This document shows, piece after piece, positions 8,523 through 15,046 of a stretch of 64,000 nucleotides of DNA. Positions within the stretch are counted from its first letter, which is position 1. Every line of letters starts with the position of its first letter. The notes below the pieces were generated by a model. That model saw only the letters and a list, made by a program, of their open reading frames with translations. It had not been told where the DNA came from and did no database searches. The stretch comes from Bacteroidaceae bacterium (GTDB lineage: Bacteria > Bacteroidota > Bacteroidia > Bacteroidales > Bacteroidaceae), in the NCBI GenBank assembly GCA_017526905.1, contig JAFXQT010000090.1, positions 6,927 to 70,926 on the forward strand, given 5' to 3'. The translations under genes were made by a program, and so were the position numbers.

Positions 8523-9962
8523 CTACAGCCCGTGCTTCTCGATCTTCCTGTACAACGCACCGCGGCTGATACCCAGTTCCTTGGCCACGAGCGAGAGATT
8601 ACCGGCATTTTTCTGAATGGAGGTGGCTATAGCTGCACGCTCCAAATCGTCCAACGTGGCCCCCTCCCGTCCCCCGGCCGAGGGGGCCGGGGTATGGGAG
8701 GGGGCCTCGGGTGCTCCGGGAATGACTCTTGGATTGAAGTCTTTTCCCTCTCCCATCAGCAGCGTCCTTTCAACGAGGTTCTTCAGTTCGCGTATATTAC
8801 CGCTGAGAGGTAGTGTTTGCAAATAGGCTATGGCATCTGCTCCGACTACCGGCATAGGCAGCCTGTTTGTCGTGCAGGCCTGCTGCAGGAAATAGTCAAC
8901 AAGCAACGGGATGTCCCCCCGCCTCTCGCGCAAGGGCGGCAGATGCAGGCTGATGGTGTTGATGCGGTAGAAGAGGTCCTCGCGGAAGGTGTGCTCCGCC
9001 ACCATCGTCCGCAGGTCGGCATTGGTCGCGCAGACGACGCGGACGTCGGTGCGGCGTGTGCGGCTGTCGCCCAGCACCTCGTAAGTCTGATCCTGCAACA
9101 CGCGCAACAGCTTCACCTGACAGGCCAGGTCCAGTTCGCCTATCTCGTCCAAGAAGATCGTCCCGCCGTTGGCCAGTTCGAAGCGGCCCACACGGTCCTC
9201 CTTGGCGTCGGTGAACGACCCTTTCTTGTGGCCGAACATCTCGCTCTCGAAGAGCGACGAGGAGATGCCGCCGAGGTTCACCTTCACGAAGGGACCGTTG
9301 GCACGCCGGCTCTGACGGTGTATGGCCTCGGCTATCAGCTCCTTGCCCGTGCCGCTCTCACCCGTGATGAGGACGGGGGCGTTGGTGGGTGCGATGCGGG
9401 CAATGGTGGTGTAGATAGAGGCGAGGGAGGGCAGGGGAACACCCGAGCAAGCCCCCTCCCGTCCCCCCCGAGGGGAAGCCCCCTCTAAATCCCCCCGAGG
9501 GGGGACTTGCGTTTCCATTGGGATTCCAGAGGATATGGTCGCCCCCCCTCGGGGGGGACGGGAGGGGGCCGGGGGACGGGAGTGGGCCTCGGGGGCTACC
9601 TTTATCGCTGTTTCCACCCGCTCCACCAGTACGCCATTGTCCCACGGTTTCGTGATGAAGTCGAAGGCACCGGCGCGCATACCCTGTACGGCCAGGTCGA
9701 TGGAGCCCCAGGCAGTCATCAGGATGCACGGGACGTCGGGGCGGAACACCTTGACTTGCTTCAGCAGCGTAAGGCCTTCCTCACCGTCGGTGGACATATT
9801 GTAATTCATGTCCATCAGCACCAACTCCACGGCCGGCGTGTTGCGGACGATCCGTATGGCTTCCTTGGGGCCCTCAGCCAAGGCCACCTCATATCCGTTG
9901 CGCTCCAGTATGAGCTTCAGCGAGAGCCGGATGTTCTTATCGTCATCAACTACGAGAATCAT
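8523..9962 (-). CDS. sigma54-dependent (NtrC-family) response regulator
   Basis: REC domain (MILVVDDDKNIR...LVLMDMNY...ILMTAW). AAA+ sigma54-interaction domain (VLITGESGTGKE, ESEMFGHKKGSFTDA, GGTIFLDEIGEL). Fis-type HTH (NLSLVAKELGISRGALYRKIEKHGL). There are two GC-rich in-frame insertions: one in the REC-AAA+ linker and one before the HTH. Confidence 0.9.
   Translation of the reverse strand: MILVVDDDKNIRLSLKLILERNGYEVALAEGPKEAIRIVRNTPAVELVLMDMNYNMSTDGEEGLTLLKQVKVFRPDVPCILMTAWGSIDLAVQGMRAGAFDFITKPWDNGVLVERVETAIKVAPEAHSRPPAPSRPPRGGATISSGIPMETQVPPRGDLEGASPRGGREGACSGVPLPSLASIYTTIARIAPTNAPVLITGESGTGKELIAEAIHRQSRRANGPFVKVNLGGISSSLFESEMFGHKKGSFTDAKEDRVGRFELANGGTIFLDEIGELDLACQVKLLRVLQDQTYEVLGDSRTRRTDVRVVCATNADLRTMVAEHTFREDLFYRINTISLHLPPLRERRGDIPLLVDYFLQQACTTNRLPMPVVGADAIAYLQTLPLSGNIRELKNLVERTLLMGEGKDFNPRVIPGAPEAPSHTPAPSAGGREGATLDDLERAAIATSIQKNAGNLSLVAKELGISRGALYRKIEKHGL
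8658..8706. repeat. 49-bp GC-rich imperfect palindrome inside the response-regulator CDS
   Basis: GGCCCCCTCCCGTCCCCCGGCC / GGCCGGGGTATGGGAGGGGGCC. It is translated in-frame as APSHTPAPSAGGREGA just before the HTH. Confidence 0.8.
9451..9569. repeat. 119-bp GC-rich element inside the response-regulator CDS (contains a 99-bp unit shared with 11981-12080)
   Basis: Terminal inverted repeats GCCCCCTCCCGTCCCCCCCG / CGGGGGGGACGGGAGGGGGC. The internal 9470-9568 differs from 11981-12080 by one substitution and one C in a C-run, by my manual alignment. Confidence 0.85.
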
Positions 9963-10064
9963 TATGGTATATACGTATTATCTTATCTGCCCCTTTGAGT
10001 CTGAAGGTACAGGAGGGACTTTTCCTCGGGGGCCTTTCTTTCATGAGCCTCATTGTTTATGCTG

Positions 10065-10072
10065 CAAAGATA
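10065..10072 (-). promoter_or_regulatory. Bacteroidota -7 promoter box (TAnnTTTG)
   Basis: Minus strand reads TATCTTTG, ~100 nt upstream of the response-regulator ATG (9962). Confidence 0.55.
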
Positions 10073-10210
10073 GTCAATAAAGGCAATCCAACAAATTTAT
10101 TTCCAAGAAAGGGTGTATTCAGCCGATATCTTTTAAGATTCAAGCAGAAATCTGTACCTTCTTGAGCATGAATTTGCCCTGTGCAGTAATGCGTCACTGT
10201 TCACTGACGA

Positions 10211-10236
10211 GCATCCGCTGAAACGGATTGCTTTTT
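10211..10236 (+). terminator. hairpin plus T-run (terminator-like) with no annotated gene upstream
   Basis: GCATCCG-ctgaaa-CGGAT(T)GC followed by TTTTT on the plus strand. Confidence 0.4.
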
Positions 10237-10274
10237 GGAGTGATAGAGCATGCCAGCGGCAACTTATATTTTTC

Positions 10275-10550
10275 ATTCAAGTTTCGCAAACGATGCCGTA
10301 GGCATTAGATATTGGTTCTTCGAAGTGTCGAAGCGTCCAGAGGCCGAGCGGCCAGCCATTCCTATGGCTGGTAATGTGCATGATATAGGATAGCGTGCCT
10401 TTAGGTACGCGATATCATTTGCGGTCGCATACCTAAAGGCATGCTTTATGTTGCCGCCATTTAACCAGCCACAGGAATGGCTGGCTACCAATGTCAAGCC
10501 CCTTTGGGGCTTTGGTTCACAGCGAATTAGCATACTTGCGAAACTTGAAT
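10275..10550. repeat. 276-bp long imperfect palindrome (MITE- or structured-RNA-like)
   Basis: 15-bp perfect termini: ATTCAAGTTTCGCAA (10275-10289) and TTGCGAAACTTGAAT (10536-10550). Matching internal blocks: CCAGCCATTCCTATGGCTGG (10352-10371) with CCAGCCACAGGAATGGCTGG (10465-10484), and TGCCTTTAGGTACGCGA (10396-10412) with TCGCATACCTAAAGGCA (10425-10441). Confidence 0.8.
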
Positions 10551-10554
10551 TATT

Positions 10555-10597
10555 CACTTTTCACTCTTTCACTTTTCACTCTTTACTTTTCACTCTC
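10555..10597. repeat. tandem array CACTYTT
   Basis: CACTTTTCACTCTTTCACTTTTCACTCTTTACTTTTCACTCTC. It encodes the HlyD C-terminus (...KEKLRVKSKE). Confidence 0.85.
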
Positions 10598-11913
10598 AGT
10601 TTCTCCTTCCCTTTGTACTTCGTCATATCGCTGACCACAAGCTGTTCGCCTTCGCTAAGTCCACTGACGACCTCGATGTAGTCATAGTTGCACTCGCCCA
10701 GCTGCACCTCGCGTGGCACGAGGGTCTCATCGTCCTTGAATACATATAAGGTGTACTTTCCGGGTCCAGCATAGAACGAGCCGTTGCGGATGCGGAGGGC
10801 GTCGTCCTTGATGCTGGTGATGACGTAAACCTCGGCGCGCAGCCCTGAGCGCAGGCGGGGATGGCTCATGTCATCGGGCACCACGGTGAAGGTGATGGCG
10901 CCACTTTGGCTCATGGGCGTGACGGTGTTGATGGTGCCCGCAAGGCGCTCCTTGCCGATGCGCAGTACGACGGCTCCTCCGACGCGGACTCGTTCGCTGT
11001 AGCTGTCGGAGATCTCACACTCGGCCTTGAAGTGCGTGAGGTCGCTCACCACGGCTATCTTCTGTCCGGCGCCGACGGTGCTGCCCACCTCGCTGTTGAT
11101 GTAGGTCAGCGTGGCGCGGCGCGGCGAGCGTATCTTGGCATCGTCGAGGGTGCGGCGCTTCTCGTCGAGCCCTTTCTCGAAGATATTGTTCTGCAGTTGC
11201 TGCATCCGCAGGTCGGCTTGCCGCACGCGCTGCTCGTTGCGGTACTGCTGGCGCAGCTGCGACAGTTGCAGCTGGGCGGTGCGCAGGGTGGTCTCGGCCT
11301 GCCGCACGCGGTCGCGTGTGCCGGAGCCGAGGCTGTCGAGGTAGAGCTCGTTGCGCAGCTGGGCTTCGAGCTGTGAGAGTTTCATCTCTTCCACCTCAAT
11401 CTGCATACGGCGGTCGGCGAGCTGTGTCTCTGTGTTGGCCTGCAGCTGTGCTGTCTGCTGCCTACGTATCTCGCGTTCGTCGAGCGCCTTGGCGTAATCG
11501 GTCTCGGCCGACTGCAGGTCGAGGCGCAGCAGCGGAGTGCCCACGTCCACGCTGTCGCCGCTGTGGGCATAGACCTCCAGGATCTGCGAGCTGATGGGCG
11601 ACACGATAATCTCCTCGAAGGCGGGCACGACGCGTCCCGTGGCCGTGACGCTGACATCGATGGTGCCGCGGTCCACCTCGGAGATGACGAGCGCCTTGCG
11701 GTCGAGGGCCGTCACCATCTGTGAGCCGAGCCAAGCGCCTGCGCCCAGCACGATGAGTATGGCGCCTACCAACTTTCCTATTCTCAACAGCTTATTGCGC
11801 CGTTGTACATTGACGGGGATGGCTCGGTCCATGGAAGAGGAGGACTCTCCCCCCCGCCCCTCCCTATGAGGGAGGGGAGTAGGATGTTTAAGGCTAGATG
11901 TATTCGTTTCCAT
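10576..11913 (-). CDS. HlyD-family membrane fusion (periplasmic adaptor) protein
   Basis: 445-aa ORF with an N-terminal TM anchor (LLRIGKLVGAILIVLGAGAWL), a long coiled-coil (QLADRRMQIEVEEMKLSQLEAQLRNE...) and barrel/lipoyl-like flanks. An alternative ATG at 11832 (MDRAIPV) would exclude the repeat-derived N-terminus. Confidence 0.85.
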   Translation of the reverse strand: METNTSSLKHPTPLPHREGRGGESSSSMDRAIPVNVQRRNKLLRIGKLVGAILIVLGAGAWLGSQMVTALDRKALVISEVDRGTIDVSVTATGRVVPAFEEIIVSPISSQILEVYAHSGDSVDVGTPLLRLDLQSAETDYAKALDEREIRRQQTAQLQANTETQLADRRMQIEVEEMKLSQLEAQLRNELYLDSLGSGTRDRVRQAETTLRTAQLQLSQLRQQYRNEQRVRQADLRMQQLQNNIFEKGLDEKRRTLDDAKIRSPRRATLTYINSEVGSTVGAGQKIAVVSDLTHFKAECEISDSYSERVRVGGAVVLRIGKERLAGTINTVTPMSQSGAITFTVVPDDMSHPRLRSGLRAEVYVITSIKDDALRIRNGSFYAGPGKYTLYVFKDDETLVPREVQLGECNYDYIEVVSGLSEGEQLVVSDMTKYKGKEKLRVKSKE

Positions 11914-12118
11914 TTTGTTTAATTGTCATTTAATCTGTTTACAATTCTTGAAAGGTATTTGCTCCCTCCCTCGCTCGGCTGAGGGGAAGCCCCCTCTAAA
12001 TCCCCCCGAGGGGGGACTTGCGTTTCCATTGGGAATCCAGAGGATATGGTCGCCCCCCCCTCGGGGGGGACGGGAGGGGGCTTCCCCTACAGGGAGGGCG
12101 GGGGGAGAGTCCGATTCT
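11842..12118. repeat. composite GC-rich palindromic element (type a) at the TolC/HlyD junction with a nested 100-bp unit
   Basis: Inner arm: GGACTCTCCCCCCCGCCCCTCCCtatgAGGGAGGGGAG (11842-11883). Outer arm: GGGAGGGCGGGGGGAGAGTCCG (to 12118). The nested unit is 11981-12080. The HlyD ATG (11913) lies inside the element and the TolC stop (12087) lies in the outer arm. Confidence 0.8.
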
Positions 12119-13574
12119 CAATAAAGTCCCATAGTGCGATGCTGCGCAACTGGTAGTAGTAGAGCCAGTAGTTGTAGAGTTGCGCTATGCGGCTGAGGCG
12201 TGCCTGGTCCTTGGCTGTCTGTGCGTCGGAGAGCTCGAGAGTCGAGATGCTGCCGATCTTGAAGGTCTCTACGTTCGTGTGATAGCGGCGCTGGGCGATG
12301 GTGTCGGCCTCGATGGCTATGCGCAGCTGCTCGGCCTGATTGTTGAACTGCTCGGTCAGTACGAAGATGTCCTGACGGAACTCCTGTGCCTGCTTGCGCA
12401 GCTGCCCACGCACAATCTCGCGGTTGCTCTCGGCCAGCCGCCGCTGTCCCTTGCGCTTGCCCCAGTCGAGGATAGGCACAGTGAAGCCTACCTGCACCAC
12501 CTCCTTGCTCAGCAGGTCGCGATAGGCGCCGCCCACCGAGGTGCCCGTACCCGTGTAGCCCAGTTGGGCATAGAGGTTGATGCTCTGTCGGTTGGCACGC
12601 GCCACAGCCACAGAGTAGTCGGCCTCCAACTGCCGCCGACGTATGGTCGTGGCATGAGCGTTGTTCTCGAGGGCATGGCTGAGAACGTCGTCATAGTTCA
12701 GCCGCACATCAGGGACGCCTTCTGGCACGATGGGCACGATATCCGCCTCCACATCCAGGAACGAGCGCAGGGCGAACTGGCGGGCTTGGCAGGTGCTCTC
12801 GCTGTTGGTCAGGGCGCTGCGAGCCGTGAGCATATCCAGTCGCAGCTGCAGCACATCGTTCTCGCTGATGCTGCCCATCTGGCGCTTGGCCAGAGCCACC
12901 TCGTAGAGCTTCTCGGCTGTCTGCAGATTCTGACGTGCAATGCCCACCTGCTCGATGGCCATCAGGAGATTGAAGAAATGGTTGATAGCCTGCATCGCCA
13001 CCTCCTCCGTCTCGGTGAGGAAGCGCGCCTGTGCCTCGCGGTAGCGAAGGGGTTCCAACCGCCGGCTCCACTTTACGTGGTTCACGCCGAAGAGCGGCTG
13101 CGAGAGGGTTACGGCAACGGGCAGCGACATAAGTTGGTTAAGCCCACCCCCAGCCCCTCCCTGGGGAGTGGAGTTTTGAAACTGATGAAGGAAGTCGAGT
13201 GATGATTCAATGGTGAGCGTGCCGCCCGTGGGCCATATCTTCTGCGTCACATAGAGCGAACCGTTCAGGCCTAAGTAGTCGTTGCGCACGAACGAGACGC
13301 CGCCGTCGGCCTGCTGATAGCTGGTATAGCGCTTGTTGTAGCTGGGCAGGGTGGCCGATAATGACACTTCCGGCAGCAGGTCGGCACGGTAGCTGCGCCA
13401 CTGCCAGTAGGCCGACTGCAGTTCGCCCCGCGCCACGGCAGCCTCCACGCTCTGGTTGCGCGCCATGGTGATACATTCATCGAGGCTCAGCCGCAGCGTG
13501 TCCTGCGCCAAGGTCGTGAGCCCTGCACAGGCAGTGAATGAGGCGATGATGATAATTCTTTTGACCATTTTCAT
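12087..13574 (-). CDS. TolC-family outer membrane efflux protein
   Basis: 495-aa ORF with a signal peptide (MKMVKRIIIIASFTACAGLTTLAQ). The two-repeat TolC-like sequence has the typical start LSLDECITMARNQSVEAAVARGEL. The C-terminal residues RTLPPPSL are encoded by a GC-rich repeat arm. Confidence 0.85.
   Translation of the reverse strand: MKMVKRIIIIASFTACAGLTTLAQDTLRLSLDECITMARNQSVEAAVARGELQSAYWQWRSYRADLLPEVSLSATLPSYNKRYTSYQQADGGVSFVRNDYLGLNGSLYVTQKIWPTGGTLTIESSLDFLHQFQNSTPQGGAGGGLNQLMSLPVAVTLSQPLFGVNHVKWSRRLEPLRYREAQARFLTETEEVAMQAINHFFNLLMAIEQVGIARQNLQTAEKLYEVALAKRQMGSISENDVLQLRLDMLTARSALTNSESTCQARQFALRSFLDVEADIVPIVPEGVPDVRLNYDDVLSHALENNAHATTIRRRQLEADYSVAVARANRQSINLYAQLGYTGTGTSVGGAYRDLLSKEVVQVGFTVPILDWGKRKGQRRLAESNREIVRGQLRKQAQEFRQDIFVLTEQFNNQAEQLRIAIEADTIAQRRYHTNVETFKIGSISTLELSDAQTAKDQARLSRIAQLYNYWLYYYQLRSIALWDFIENRTLPPPSL
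13142..13172. repeat. solo type-b arm inside the TolC CDS
   Basis: GCCCACCCCCAGCCCCTCCCTGGGGAGTGGAG, translated as TPQGGAGGGL. Confidence 0.75.
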
Positions 13575-13654
13575 TAGGATAAACAGGTTGAAACACGCCG
13601 GTGCTTTGTTTGCACGATGCTAATCGTGCAGGCAACAGACGAAGGTCTTTGGGG

Positions 13655-15046
13655 CTATGAATCCTGCCGCAGGGCGTCCACCGGCCGCTTGTTTACGGCT
13701 CGCCATATAGGTAGAGCGATGGCGAGGCTCACTACGCAGAGCATGATTACGTATTGGATGACACAGATGACGAGGTAGTGTATCCAGAAGATTTCCACCC
13801 AGTTGCGCTCCCGTCCCGTGCCGCTCATGCTTAGGCCATCGGAGAGGTCCATGTTGATGGCGAACTGGAACCAGATGAGCTGGCCGACGATGCAGGCCAG
13901 CAGGGTCAGCAACGCTGCCTCACCCCATACCATCCAGAAGATGTCGCGCCGCTTGGCGCCGAAGCTGCGCATGATGCCGATGTCCTCCGTGCGCTTGCGC
14001 AGTTGCAGCCAGAAGGTGCCCAGGGTGCCGAGGACGACGTTCAGCAGGAAGAGGGCAAGGAGGATGCCGAGGAGGGTGTTGGTGAGGTTGTAGTCTCTGT
14101 TGCCACTCCATGAAGACAGCCAATCTTCATAGGTCTGCACAGAGACGAGGATGCGGTCGCCGGCTTTTCTAAGCGCTTGGGATGCGGGACTTGTAAGCTG
14201 GTTCAGAAATGCCTGTGCATCAACTTCGGGATGTAGGCGAATGAGCATCTGCGGGGTTGCATACTCTTCGATTATAGGAGTCAGAATGGAATAGGCATAG
14301 CGATCATTCTGCTGCAAGCGGAAATCTTCGACAACACCCGCGATGGTGTAGCGGCTGACGATGACCGGCCCGCCTTGCTCCTGCAGCGCACGGTCGCTGA
14401 AGTCCCATTCCACTATGCGGCGCCCCACGACTTGGTCGGTATCGAATAGCGCCTGTGCCAGACTGCGGGTGATGACCACGCCGTCCAAAGGACAATCCTC
14501 GGAGAGTTCCTTTGCCGAAGGACTGCCCTCAATGGGCGTCAGACCCTGCGTCTCGAAGAACTGCTCATGTAGCAGAAACCCCTGCATGTAGGCTCCGCAC
14601 CTGCGCGTGGAATCCGTCTCGGAAGCATTGGAAATGATGTTGTAGGTACCTAGGCCAATGATGTGCCTGGCAAAGCCTGCATACTGCACCTCGGGCAGAG
14701 CACGGATCTGGTCGCGAAGGGCGTAGAGGGAGGACCGGCCCTCGACCTGAAGCCCATCCAGCCCACCCCCAGCCCCTCCCTGGGGAGGGGAGCTTGTTTC
14801 CGCTTGCCCACTGCCAGTTTGGACTCCCCTCCCCAGGGAGGGGTCGGGGGTGGGCTGTTGGATTCCCGTCTGCCCCACCAACAAGTGTTCCCGCTCAAAC
14901 TCTCCGGCGGGACTACAGAAATAACGGTCGTAGGTGGTTACGACGAAGTGGTCAATGAAGTAGAAACTGAGGACGGTGATGAGGATAATCTCGGCAAAGA
15001 CCCAACCGTTCTGACGGCGGTGGGACCAGAGGCTCTTGCGTATCAT
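13655..15046 (-). CDS. ABC transporter permease, FtsX/MacB type (B-type paralog, B3)
   Basis: FtsX-like C-terminal 3-TM block with GAKRRDIFWMV. N-terminal TM plus a large periplasmic domain. I chose the start at 15046 (MIRKSLW) because it forms an ATGA overlap with the upstream stop. The ORF is open to 15094. Confidence 0.8.
   Translation of the reverse strand: MIRKSLWSHRRQNGWVFAEIILITVLSFYFIDHFVVTTYDRYFCSPAGEFEREHLLVGQTGIQQPTPDPSLGRGVQTGSGQAETSSPPQGGAGGGLDGLQVEGRSSLYALRDQIRALPEVQYAGFARHIIGLGTYNIISNASETDSTRRCGAYMQGFLLHEQFFETQGLTPIEGSPSAKELSEDCPLDGVVITRSLAQALFDTDQVVGRRIVEWDFSDRALQEQGGPVIVSRYTIAGVVEDFRLQQNDRYAYSILTPIIEEYATPQMLIRLHPEVDAQAFLNQLTSPASQALRKAGDRILVSVQTYEDWLSSWSGNRDYNLTNTLLGILLALFLLNVVLGTLGTFWLQLRKRTEDIGIMRSFGAKRRDIFWMVWGEAALLTLLACIVGQLIWFQFAINMDLSDGLSMSGTGRERNWVEIFWIHYLVICVIQYVIMLCVVSLAIALPIWRAVNKRPVDALRQDS
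14761..14855. repeat. complete 95-bp type-b palindromic element inside permease B3 CDS
   Basis: GCCCACCCCCAGCCCCTCCCTGGGGAGGGGAG - 32 nt - CTCCCCTCCCCAGGGAGGGGTCGGGGGTGGGC. In-frame, translated as PTPDPSLGRGVQTGSGQAETSSPPQGGAGGGL. Confidence 0.9.

Noticed and set aside
8363-8608. 81-codon ORF, together with the plus-strand ORFs 7489-7827 and 7515-7721 that have SFVIRHSS-type repeats.
   Set aside because: They are translations of the AATGACG heptamer arrays and lie inside or antisense to the kinase and regulator genes.
10204-10224. Hammerhead-ribozyme-like core (CTGACGAG ... GAAAC).
   Set aside because: The segment between the two boxes can form at most a 2-bp stem II, and no convincing stems I or III exist. 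It is better explained as part of a terminator-like hairpin.
10273-10557. 94-codon minus-strand ORF in the tolC-operon/regulator intergenic region.
   Set aside because: It coincides exactly with the 276-bp palindrome. The ORF is a by-product of the repeat and has no recognisable protein features.
11915-12124. 69-codon plus-strand ORF, with its analogue at 21390-21695 (MFYCSFNLFK...APSLTGRAGGES).
   Set aside because: Both lie inside composite palindromic elements, antisense to the operon. Their similarity reflects the repeat DNA and is not evidence for a protein family. I cannot exclude expression, but nothing supports it.
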